Assembly (NCBI GenBank): GCA_046563655.1
Contig: CM102287.1
Coordinates: forward strand, 2,852,001 to 2,916,000
DNA: 64,000 nucleotides
Source of the DNA: Yuukianura sp. NJ FZ-2021
Lineage: Eukaryota
Direction: 5' to 3'
Below the pieces are notes generated by a model, which worked only from the letters and a program-made list of their open reading frames with translations, had not been told where the DNA came from and did not search any database. Made by a program: the position numbers and the translations under genes. Of the stretch, positions 38,478 to 50,304 are shown in pieces (positions within the stretch are counted from its first letter, which is position 1; every line of letters starts with the position of its first letter).

Positions 38478-38715
38478 AATTTCGAAATTTCCAACGCCAA
38501 AACGATTTTCAAAATATTTTCATCTTCTAAACCTTGTATTTTTTCAAGCTTAAATTAAATATAAACAACACGATTTAAAACAAAAATTGATTTTGTAAAT
38601 TATAATAAAACTTTGAAAATAATTTATAAATGAAATAAAAACAAAAGTAATTTCAAAATTTCGAATTTTTAAAAGTCAAAAGATTTTATAAAACTATTTT
38701 ATATTGTAATTGTTA

Positions 38716-39008
38716 AATAGGGAGTTTGCGTTTCAAATCATTTATAGAATTTATAGAAAGTAGAATTTAGCAAGTCCCGCCCCTTTTAACACCCCTCCAC
38801 CCGTCTTGTTACGCCTCTCGTGATTGGTCGATTTCAAATCCGTGATGCCACTTTCCAAACTTTTTTCATTTATGGCATTTATGGCGTGCTTATAAATTTT
38901 GAACATCTGAAAAGTTTAAAAAGTGACGTCACTTCTCACCGTAAATTCTATACTTTCTATAAATTCTATAAATTAGTAATTAAAAAAAAATTACACAAAC
39001 TCCCTATT
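38716..39008. mobile_element. MITE-like element of about 290 bp
   Basis: 13-bp terminal inverted repeat AATAGGGAGTTTG / CAAACTCCCTATT, plus an inner inverted pair TTTATAGAATTTATAGAAAGT / ACTTTCTATAAATTCTATAAA. Confidence 0.7.
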
Positions 39009-39257
39009 ATAATGTATTTTATTTTATAAAACTTGCGTTCTATTAAAAAATAGTTCTTACAACATAATTAATTTTTCTTCCATTACTTTTGATTCCCTTG
39101 ACAACTATTTTTTTGAAACGTTGATTTGTTCAAACAAGTTTCGAATTTTTTTTTTCGATTCGTTGATATCGTCGTCAGTTGAAATTAGCAGCGGTACGAG
39201 CAGCATCATTTTTAGTTCGTCTCTCCCACCGACAAAACAAACCGGTACTGAAACAAA

Positions 39258-40651
39258 ATGAAACACGACGGCGGCAGCAGCGGTGAAGATCTGAATCATG
39301 GAATGTCGACGATTTTGGAAAGTAAGTTTGAATTTGAAATTTAAACTAATTTTTGAAAGTTTTTTTTTGGTTTTCCAACTTTGAAATTTCAATTTTGGTT
39401 GCAGGAAGTGGAGTAAAACGGGACTCCAGTGAATTGGACCAGCCTTCGGTCGCTGACGATTTGGTGTCACCGGAATCCGTTGAAGGTCAAGGTCAAGGTC
39501 AACCTCCGCCATCCAAGAAAAGTCGTGTCAGCGATGACACTGAAGAGGTCAATGACCCCGAGAGGTCAAGTTCAGTTGACTCTGAAGATCCGGCAAGTGA
39601 CAACGACGACTACATTTGGAAAGTTGGAGATGAAACTCCAGATTTCGAAATTGTGACCACCGAAGACCGAATTTTGAAAGTACAAAAGTCGATCCTGGCA
39701 GAGCGAAGTACTTTTTTCAAAAATCATTTTGAATCAGGACCGGCAGATCAACAAGATCAAGTTCGTTTTGATGGAATCCATCCACAAGCGATGAAAATCA
39801 TTTTGGATTTTATCTATTTTGGAAAAATCAGCCATGAAGAAGCGATTCGCCGAAATGCAGAGTTGATGTTCAAGTATGCCCACCGATTTGAAGTACAGGA
39901 GCTCAAAAATTTCGCTGAAAATGTGCTGGTGGACAGCGTAACGGCCGAAAATGCGCTGGAACTTTACCGAATCGCTGAAAGCTGCGAAGGAGCTCGATTG
40001 TTGGCAAAAGTGTCTGATTTTTTCAAGAATCATGCTGATGATATGTCTCCAGAAGAAAGAGAAGTTCTGGAATATGAGATGGAAATTGCAGATGAAGAGG
40101 CGTCGCGTGACCTCGTGAACTTCGAACACTCAAGTGGACCGCCAGATTTCGAAATTTTGTCTTGGAGTTCCAAATTTTTGGTGCATCAAGCAGTTTTGAC
40201 ACAGAAGAGCGAATACTTCAAACATTATGTCACGTTGCCTGGTGCACAGTCACTGCGCACGTTCGGAACACCTTCGGAAATAATCAAGCCCGTGCTGGAC
40301 TACTTGTACTCCGGAGAGGTCAAGCAAGATGACCTTGAAAAGTTGGGGTCAAATCCGGACGAAGTGTTTCGTCTTGTGGACTCTTGGGAACTGCAGGAAT
40401 TTAAGGATCTGTTTGAACAGTCGCTGATCAACCGCGTCTGCGCAGAATCAGTTTTCAAACTTTGGTGGGTCGCAAGATGCAACGATGCACAGAAGTTGAA
40501 GGCAAAAGCAGAGGACTTCGCAGCACAAAATCCAGCAGCATTTTCTATTGGTTGTCAAAAATACTTCGATGACAAGCGGAAAACTCTCAACCCAGAAGTT
40601 GCTAAAGATGGTGACAACAACAATCAAAATGAATCAAACTCAGACGTCTAA
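39258..40651 (+). CDS. BTB-BTB protein without a MATH domain (array gene 7)
   Basis: Homologous short exon 1 (MKHDGG...STILE). Exon 2 runs from the KR-containing N-terminus straight to the QGQGQPPPSKK linker and then two BTB units. Confidence 0.8.
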
Positions 40652-41249
40652 AAATTTCAAAATTTCAAACATTTCAACAAACCATTTTCAAACATTTTTT
40701 AAAACTTTTTTCAAAAATTTAAAACACTTTTCAAACCTAATTAACCCAGACGTACTTCTTTGTTGTAAACACAATTCTATTTTGATTTCGAAAAACAAAT
40801 TTTGAAACTTTACAAAAAATTTTCTCAAAATAAAACAATGAAAAGAGTTGACCTTTGACATCTGACCTTTTGATATAATCAAGTCACTGCTTCTATTTTT
40901 ACGCTAATTGCCAGTTTTCTTTTCAACAGGAAATTTCCTGTTGTTTCCAGCTAAAAACTTTGACCTCATTTTCCATAATTTCCATAATTCTTTTTTGTTT
41001 TGGCGGCCTTTCCAGTGTCATCATCACCTTGAGTAAACTTTTTATCAAAAACCTAACGTAAACCTAGCCTAACCAACCTGATTAGGTTATTCTAACCTCG
41101 TTTTAGGTTTTCCAGAAAACTCATTTTCATAAAATATGGTTTCCTTCACTCTCACAAATTATGAAAATTATGAAATCTGAAGGGTATAAAACTACTTTTA
41201 CCTTCACATAGATTCCTGGAGCTCCAAAAATTCTCCAAAACTTCCAGAA

Positions 41250-43102
41250 ATGAAGTTTTTCGTAAGTTGCGCAGTCGTTTTAGGAGTTCTAAGCTTTGCA
41301 CATGCGCGTCGCTGGAAAGGGCCCAATGACAAGGCTTACGGCTCTGTTTTAGAGTCTCCGAGTGTGACGAACTGGGGCACCCCGGGGCAATTCGAACTCT
41401 GTCCAACAGGAAAAGTAGTCAAAGGTTTCACTCTAAAAGTGGAACCACGACGCAGGCGTATTGACAACACGGCCCTGAATGGAATTGCATTTTTGTGTGG
41501 CGCGCCTACGGCGCAACTTCCTGATAACCCTCAGTATATTGCCAGTAAAGAGGGAATGTTTGGCCAATGGGGGCCACTGAGCAACTGCAGTGCCGGCTCC
41601 TATGCAGTTGGATTTCAACTGATGTCGCAAGAGCCTCAAGGGCCATTTGGAGATGACGTGGCAGCGGTAAATTTGAAATTGATTTGCGCCGATGGCGCGG
41701 AATTGGAAGGATATGCTGAGGATGAGGAATATCCAGACAGTTACTACACTGAGGCTCAGTTGTGTCGTCCTGGAAGGGCGATTTGTGGACTCCAGACACA
41801 AGTAGAAGAGTATCAGCGATTGAGTATGTAAAGCGTGAGAAAATTTAAAAAAAGTTTAAAATCAATTTGAACGTTTGATTTTCTTAGCCGATTTTGAAAA
41901 TTGTGATTTTTTTGGTGTAAAAAGGTGACGATACGGCCCTGAACAACTTGAGAGCTTACTGCTGCAACGTTCTCAAGGCTCGACCAACTTTGGTTCCTTC
42001 TACAGAGCAGACGCAGACTGAAGCAGAGGTGACCACACCTACTGCGCAGGTCACAAGCACTTCAGCATCACTTCCGAGTGAAATTGTGACTGAGAATCAG
42101 GAAACGTCCAGTGCGTCTGTGCAAGAAAGTACTGTTGCAACAGAAGGAATTCCTGAAAATGTAGTCGGCTCTTCTACTCAAAGCACTGCTGAATCCACTC
42201 CTGTAACTGAAGCTAGCGTCCCAGTTGAGCCAATTCCAACAGAATCCGTTGCATCAACAGAATCAGTTACAACAGAACCAGTTGCATCAACAGAGGCAGT
42301 TGCAACAGAATCAGTTACAACAGAACCAGTTGCATCAACAGAAGCAGTTGCAACAGAATCAGTTACAGCAGAACCAGTTGCATCAACAGAAGCAGTTGCA
42401 ACGGAATCAGTTACAGCAGAACCAGTTGCATCAACAGAAGCAGTTGCAACAGACTCAGTTGCAACAGAATCAGTTACAGCAGAACCAGTTGCATCAACAG
42501 AAGCAGTTGCAACAGAATCAGTTCCAACAGAACCAGTTGCATCAACAGAAGCAGTTGCAACAGAATCAGTTCCAACAGAACCAGTTGCATCAACAGAAGC
42601 AGTTGCAACAGAATCAGTTCCAACAGAACCAGTTGCATCAACAGAAGCAGTTGCAACAGAATCAGTTCCAACAGAACCAGTTGCATCAACAGAAGCAGTT
42701 GCAACAGAATCAGTTCCAACAGAACCAGTTGCATCAACAGAAACAGTTGCGACAGAATCAGTTACAGCAGAATCCGTTGCCTCAACAGAAGTATCTTCAT
42801 CAACAGAAGTAGTTGTAACAGAATCAGTTGCATCAACAGAAATAAATTCAGCGACAGAACCCATTAGTCCTGCAGAAGTAGTTGTGTCAACAGAAGCAGA
42901 ATCTGCAACAGAAGCAATTTCATCAACGGAACAAGTTGCTCCAACAGACACAAGTTCAGGTCCTGAAGCCATTACTAGCTCAACGGAATCAAGCTCAGCT
43001 CCTGAAGCGATCGCTTCCACAGAACAGACTGCTCCAACAGAAAGTACTGCGACAGAACCAATTGCATCAACAGAAAAGAAACAGAAGCGATTAACTAATT
43101 GA
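41250..43102 (+). CDS. VMO1: Vitelline membrane outer layer protein 1-like (VOMI domain) with a mucin-like T/S/E/A repeat tail
   Basis: Signal peptide. VOMI motifs TNWGTPG, GFTLKVE, DNTALNGIAFLC, DDVAAVNLKLIC, AICGLQTQVE and DDTALNNLRAYCC. Intron 41824-41924. Tail of 15-aa TEPVASTEAVATESV repeats. Confidence 0.85.
42235..42845 (+). repeat. Coding tandem repeat with a 45-bp unit made of 15-bp subunits
   Basis: Unit ACAGAACCAGTTGCATCAACAGAAGCAGTTGCAACAGAATCAGTTCCA-type, roughly 12 copies. Confidence 0.9.
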
Positions 43103-43432
43103 ATTCATGAGTCCACTAATTACTATTCAAACTTAAAATCAATCTAGACTTATGATTAAAAGTTATTCAACTCTCTTCAGGAAATTCAACTAAAACATTA
43201 AAAAAAAATAACAGGAAGTCCAGTTTTCGTTTAAAAAAAAAACAGGTTTAAACATTTGTTGTTTCTGAGAAAATTTCCCAAAATTTAGCTTATCTCACAC
43301 AGAAATCGAACTTCCGAGCAAGTTTTTAGTATCAAAACCGCAGTAAAGGATTCAACCCAATTTTGTTGTAGTCATATTTTGAAAAAAAAAAACTTTTAAA
43401 TATAAACTTGCTCACTTGTGAATTTTTACAAA

Positions 43433-43657
43433 ATGAATTTTGGTTTCACGTTCATTTTTGTACTGATTCTTGCGGTGTACAGTACAAATGCTGCCAGCAT
43501 TCCAGCATCCAAGAGGGCAGTAGCCCCTCCTGGCAGTATAAGTTTGAGTGAATTTGAAAACATACGAGGTTACATAAGTCCTACCAGAATCTGGAAGTGT
43601 CCCAAGGGAAAATACAGGTCAAGAGCTGGACGTTGTCACAGAATAATCCGTTTTTGA
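43433..43657 (+). CDS. Small secreted precursor with a cationic single-disulfide C-terminal peptide (secapin-like)
   Basis: 74 aa. Signal MNFGFTFIFVLILAVYSTNA, a KR site, and C-terminal GYISPTRIWKCPKGKYRSRAGRCHRIIRF. Confidence 0.7.
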   Translation: MNFGFTFIFVLILAVYSTNAASIPASKRAVAPPGSISLSEFENIRGYISPTRIWKCPKGKYRSRAGRCHRIIRF

Positions 43658-45063
43658 AAACTACTTGCTAAAAACTGTAAATCAATGAAGTAATTAGCTT
43701 AACTTAAGCAATTAGTAATTAAACCGTCACGCTTTGTTCAATTAAAGTGAATAATTAATAATAACCAATAATAAGTGAATTATAATAATAATAAACGCAA
43801 TTTCCAATTTGTTCTCCGAATTCTTCTAGCATTCCCTCCGTAATGAACACTGAAAAAATTAATCATTCATTAACGCTTTAGTTTTAATTCGACACGTTAA
43901 TTCAATTCTTAGAACAACATTTTGTTATGAAATTTTGAATTAAATTTAAAAATCTAAAATGAAATTTGAAAAAAGTTGGACGCCACATAAAAAGTCAAAA
44001 GTCCTAGATAGGAGAGATACACGCAATAAACTATAACGATTTTCTCGAATTCTGATTGGCTCCCAGAAAAAGCATTACGGGAGATAGGACGTGAGATAGG
44101 AAAAATACACAGAAGAAAACAGTCACTCTCCACATGAGAATTCTCCTATCTCAAAAAATTAAAATTTCAACCGGCGTTTCACTTAAGCCAAAGTTTTTTC
44201 AATACGAAATCTTTTATTGTATTTTATATACTTTTTTATTGATCTCTAATGGATTAATTTACTAAAATTTATTTAAATTAGTATTTATACTTAACAAAGA
44301 TGAGGTAATTACAGCAATTAAGTTATTTCGTAATTAAAAAATTGAAGCGTCTGTGCCAGTGGCACCATCTAGCGTCAGTTTGAATTTGAACTTAAAAAAA
44401 ATCTCAAGGTCTTTCCAGATTGTCAACATTTGAGATTTTTTTCCCTCATTTCATTCATAAGTTTTTTAGCTCCACATCAGCTGACTCTTCTTCTTGACTT
44501 GATTACTCCATTAATTAACACGTTAATTAACGACTGCCAACGTGTCAACTACTTAATTAGTGGGCCACTGCAGACCTGTGTGTTGGCAGTGCTGGTATTT
44601 CTCTTCCGGTTTCCGGCGGAGGATTCCTCCAACTTCCGTCCGACTTCGGCAGTTCATTCAGCAAAGTGCAAATCGTTTTTTGTTTTCGTGGGAAAGTTGC
44701 CGTGTCATCGTCCCATTCACCTTCAATTCCCCTTCCTCCGGTGTGGGTTGGGGATCAGAACGTTTTCAGGACGACGTAGAGCTTGAGGTGGGTGAGTCAC
44801 TTACAAAATAACATTACAAAAGATCGTAGTGTTGTCGTTTTGCAGATTATCGAGAGTGAGAGGTAAAAGATCGCACATTTTGGATACAAAAGAGGCTGAA
44901 AACAAATCAGTTTAGTATTAGTTGCGTTGGTGTCAGTGTTACCCAGTTTGGGTAAACAACGGAATCTAAATTTTGTGGTGTGTAGTCAGTGACGATTTGG
45001 GTGGATTGGTGATCATTTGGTTCATAATTTTCAGGTGAAGGACTTAGCAAAGGACACTGAACA

Positions 45064-47142
45064 ATGAAGATCACTGTAGTGACGACGACAGACGCAACCT
45101 TCCCTCTGGATGTCCATGAGGACCTTGAGCTAGAAAACTTCAAAGCATTCTGTGAAGTTGAATCGGGAGTCTCTGCTTCACAAATGGTCATTGTCTTCAA
45201 TGGACAGCCTTTGGCTGGTGACCAGAAGTCTCTCAAAGTATGTCAACTGATAGAATCTTAGACAAATCCCAGAAAAAGTATGGATTAACTTAATTGATTC
45301 TCTGTTTTAGGATCATGGACTCTCCGATGGTGATTTAGTAATGCTTCAAGCTCAACGTCCACCACAACCTGCTGGAAGAGCACAGTTACGTGGTGGAGCA
45401 CCAGGCGTACCACAATTTGATTTCAGTGGCATCCAAGTTCCAGGAAGACCTTCCAGCAGTACTCCAGCTCAGACGCCGCGACAACGTCAAGGTGACGAAG
45501 ACGATCCAGCGTACATCAGAGACCAACTACTCAAAAATCCTCAACAGCTAGCCATTCTCAAACAGAATAATCCGCCCTTGGCTGAAGCCTTGCTCAGTGG
45601 TGACTTCGGTAATCAAAATCAAACGTTTCAAACTAAAACTAATTCGTTTCCAGTCAGATTTGTCTCACTGAAGTGCTTGTTTTTTCAGAACGATTTTCCA
45701 AAATGGTTCGTGAAATGCAACAGCAGCATAGAGAACGAGAGCTTCAACGAATTCGCCTCCTAACTTCGGATTCCATGGACGTCGAGGCTCAGCGTCTCAT
45801 TGAGGCTGAAATTCGTCAGAAACAGGTCGATGCTAACATGGAAGCAGCGATGGAATTTAGTCCAGAAAGTTTTGGCACTGTTTGTATGCTGTACATCAAT
45901 CTAAAAGTGAACGGAGTTCCAGTGAAGGCCTTCATCGATTCTGGAGCTCAAACAACAATCATGTCCACCGAATGTGCCGAGAGATGCAAAATCATGCGAT
46001 TAGTCGACACTCGTTTTTCTGGAATCGCCAAGGGAGTTGGAACTCAAAAAATTCTTGGAAGAATTCACATGGTTCAAGTGCAAATTGGAAACGATTTTTT
46101 CGTCTCATCATTCTCTATTTTGGAAGATCAGAAGATGGACATGCTGCTGGGGTTGGACATGCTCAAACGACATTTGGTAAGCACCGATAACCGCTTTTTC
46201 AAAATTTTGAAAAATTTCGAAATTTCAGGAATCTGAAATTTTTATTTCTCTTTGCAGTGTGTCATTGACTTACAAAAGAACGTTTTGAGAATCGGTACAA
46301 CGGGCACGGAAACGGAGTTCCTTCCAGAATCGGAACTTCCGGATTCAGCACGTCTCACCCAAACCAAATCCGAATCGCTTCTGGAACACGAAGAAGCACA
46401 AAATGCTTATGAAGGGGAACAAGCAGTTTTGTCCAGAGCCATTGAGGAAAGTATGCTGGAGCAGCGGAAGCGAGCAGCAGAAGATGCTGGAAGTGCTGCT
46501 GGACCTTCAACACAAAGTTCGAGTAAGAAGCCGCGAGAACACTAAAACTTTTTAGCTTCAGCTTCTGCTTCAATTAACTAATTACCAGTAAATTATTCCG
46601 GGTGTGCTGATTATTCAATTTGCTTAATCACAAGTTTTGCTTACGCTTTTTTGCTAGTTTTCACATTTTGAAAAACGTCTATTTTGCTAAATTAAATTGT
46701 CTAAAAAAAGTTTTCAATTTCAAGTCCTCTCCACTTGTTCTGTGTCTTGTTAAATTTATTGCTAAATGCATTTTGAGTTTTGGGGTAATTTGGCACGGTT
46801 TGGGAATGAATTAATTAATTGAATGCTGAATTTATGATCAGCAAGGTTAGTGACAGCAATTGACCAGCCAGTGTCCAGTCCAGAAGACTTTGCTCGTGCT
46901 ATTGAAGAGATAAGTCGGCTAGGCTTTCAGCGAGAACAAGTATGTTACACATTAATATGAAATACATAACATAATTTAAGTAATTACATATCAAGTAATT
47001 ACCAAGTAATTCAGTGTAATTACAATTTCGCAATTCTGAATTACAGGTAGAATACGAACTGCAACGAAATAACGGTGACAAAACTAAAACAATTGCAGCT
47101 CTCATTGCAAAATCACTCAAAGCCCCACCGCACCTCAAGTGA
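45064..47142 (+). CDS. DDI1: DNA damage-inducible protein 1/2 homolog (UBL-HDD-retroviral-type aspartyl protease-UIM-UBA)
   Basis: UBL ([15 protein letters not shown]), [15 protein letters not shown], and protease motifs [27 protein letters not shown] and [13 protein letters not shown]-like [12 protein letters not shown] exons at about 46842-46938 and 47047-47142. Confidence 0.93.
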
Positions 47143-47464
47143 GTTTTGCAACAACTGTCAAATATCGTCCGAAATCACATGTACTTCGTATAAATTAACA
47201 AACTAATTGACATAATCGATACAATTGGTTAGTGATTATAATTAATCGTTAATTACATTTTAAAGTTTAGTTTTAAGTCTATTTTCAATTTTCTAATTAA
47301 CACACTGTTTTATCAGTATAATCAAAGAGTTAATCAAATCGAACCAAAAACGTTTCTGGGTAAAACTTGCTTCAAAAAAGTCAAAGTGGTAACAACAACA
47401 AGGGAATCCAGTTAAACTAAATTTAAGCGAATCTCTGATTAAAACTTGGGAATAAATCGTTAGT

Positions 47465-48728
47465 TTAACGTAACTTCTTTTTCGGTTTCCTCTTATTTTT
47501 CAAGTTTTTACGAGATGCTGGACTAGTAGTTGTGGATGTGCTTGATGCTGATGCTGGCGTGGTTATGGCACTTGTTGTTGGCGATGAACTTTTCTTAGCA
47601 ACAGCATTGGTACAGTCGCACCACGGTGAGATTTGAGTGTTGCAATGGAGCTGGACGTTGAGCACTGTCACTGGAGCCGTGTCAATCGTGACCTTTGACA
47701 CACTTTGTAGCGTGTAGTTGACATTACTCAGACCGGTCAACCGATCTCTTCTTCTCGTTTTGTTGTACTGGCCATAGCATTTGGTATGATCCCGAGGTCG
47801 CTTTTTTGGACTGTGAAGGTGTCTGAAAGTCGTTTTCGAGTCGGTATGAATTCCAGAAGGGCGCATAACCTGGATAAAGCAAAAAATAAGTTAACACTGC
47901 AGATTTGATCTTCAGCGGTTCAAGATTCAGCGATTTCCTTACCGTAATTTGGTTTTGTTTCAAGCGAACAAAGAATTCGTCGTCTTCCAGGCCCCATCCC
48001 CAGTAAACATTGCTCATTCCATCGACAGACCGGAAAATGCTGGACGGTACTACTAAGATTCCGCCGATGAAAGAAGAGTAGTTGTACTTTGGATGAAGTC
48101 CAGGAGCAGCGATGTGCATGACACTTCGGGCTAATGGAAATCCGTATGGCAGGTCAGGGTTCAATGGTAACAGATCCACATCGTGCATGACGATATAGTC
48201 ACAAGGGGTGGATCGTTCTAAGCTCGTGGCATACTCAAATCCGACGTTAATTAGAGAAGCTCGATTGAATCGGTATTGATCTACCTGCAAAACGGAAGAT
48301 TAATCATAAATCACTTAATCATCAATCGATAATCGAATTTAGAAAGTACGAATTGAAGTCGTACTTGATTGACAATGACAATGTCGTGTGCTATGGATCT
48401 ATCGTTGAGAAAACGATTGATGAACGGAGCAAATACAAGTAATTCTTCAAAACGTTCTCGAAACGGCACGATCACTGCCAAGCGATGCCCGGTGACCTTT
48501 TGACCTTTGTCAGCTCTTTGCTCTGGAATGAACAAAATATTTCGTTTAATTTTGCTTTTTAGGAGTTGAGTTCATAGGTTAATTATTAATCGTACTTTCG
48601 TGGAGGGTAACGGTGACGCTTGGTAAAGATGAGCTGCTTAGAAAAATAGTGACGAGGCAACTGGCTAGAATTGCAGCGATGAGTAGAAACTTGACAACAT
48701 TCGAAGTTCGTCTGGGCCTCCATGCCAT
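47465..48728 (-). CDS. B4GALT7: Xylosylprotein beta-1,4-galactosyltransferase
   Basis: Type II TM N-terminus. Motifs [61 protein letters not shown] and TFRHLH...RD. Confidence 0.95.
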
Positions 48729-50304
48729 TTAGTTCTAAATAAATCAGAGTCCAAGTAATTAGTTCTTCATTTCTAAGATTAATGTTGATTTACGCTTACC
48801 AGTATGACCTGTTTATCTAAAAACTTATAATGTCACTGGATGTGACATTATAACATTATGACTAACGACATTGCTTTTTTACTTTTTAAAATGAGTTGTT
48901 CGAATTCATTCTTAAAGGATACGCTAAAGCGGAAACGGATGCCTGATAAATCGGGTCTGGAAAAATCTTTCCAGGCACCGATTCCAGTTTCAGCGTCGCC
49001 GATCCTCATCCACATTCATGCATCAAAGCTTTTGGTTATCAAAAGCACTTTCCAAGTAGAACGCTTGACTTTTACCTTGACTTTTAGAATGACTTTTTTT
49101 AGTTTAGCTTTTAGCTTTTAGTTTGACTTTTAGCATGAATTTATGCTTTGCAAAAAAGTGTATGCTTTGGAAAGCGAAAATCATGATAAATCATAACTTT
49201 ACGTACACTTTCGGAACGAATGCTCTCCCTATAGTACATCAGGAATCAGAGATTAACGGTATCTTTTCCATATCTCTGGAAACATGACACTTCTCCAGAA
49301 TTAGAATCTCGTTTAGATTTCAATACCAATTGGGTGGTGATGACGCAAATGTGTTTAGCATTACTAAAGTCCAACTGCTCTCTTTTCCTTTTGTGCTTCG
49401 ACTAATCAGTTAGTTACAACTTACTAAAGTGATTCTTAGATCTAACAAATATAGTTGCCAATTAATAATCAATTAGTTAAGTGACTCACCAAAAAGAAGA
49501 GCAAGTGATAGGAAACAGAAACCGATACCCGAAGTCTAGCTTGTCAAAAGGAGCTGTTGATTTCATCCATTCCAAAGGTCAGCTGCTTTCCATTTTCCGC
49601 ATTACGTCATAGGATGACCTCTAACATGCTCTAACATTGTAACTAATTTCCAACTTAGATACATAATTAATTAAATTACACTTTGAATTAATGTTACACC
49701 CAACAAACCACTTCAACGGATGTGTTTACCTGCAATCTTTTGAAAATACGGAATTTGAAATTTAAAAATTTGTCAGTGGCGCACTTGCTCTCCCATGCTA
49801 AAACACCCACAATTCTTTTTTTGTTGCAAAAAAGATTAGATCCCTTTGCTTTTTAGCAGTCTATCAGTCTATGTACGGTCTGTTTTGTCATTAATCATCA
49901 ATTACTTTGGTCTTATGTGAGTCTCGTATCTTATAAGTCTTAAGTAGGTGTTATACTAAAAGCACTAGGTGATAACGGTACTTCGCTGTGGTCAAGGGGT
50001 AAGTGGATCCGTAACACTTTCTGTCACAAGCTAAAGAAGGAACAGATGACTCATTCATAATCTGTTTACATAGGAAGGAGTCAGTCGATATGACGGATTG
50101 ACAAGAGCATTAATTACAATACTCATAGTAATTCAATTGTTTTGTTTCCTTTTTCCTTAGATTGTGGTTTAACTTCCGTGGTTGAAACCAGAAGCAAAAG
50201 TGTATTCACTCGAGACACCCGTCTCATTCGACCGGAGGCCTCCAAACGCTGCCTCTGACAATTCAGGACACCACAATCCGTCCTACCATCAACACTTCGG
50301 AAGA

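Noticed and set aside
41050..41110. AACCT/TTAGG-like motifs as a telomeric remnant (also at 12370-12425)
   Set aside because: Only a few scattered imperfect copies, not an array.
42178..43020. Antisense and alternate-frame ORFs (280-aa S/V/A/T-rich, poly-Q and poly-L)
   Set aside because: Shadows of the VMO1 coding repeat.
45890..46180. Retroviral-type aspartyl protease as evidence of a retroelement
   Set aside because: It is the normal protease domain of host DDI1, flanked by UBL and UBA exons. There is no RT, integrase or LTR.
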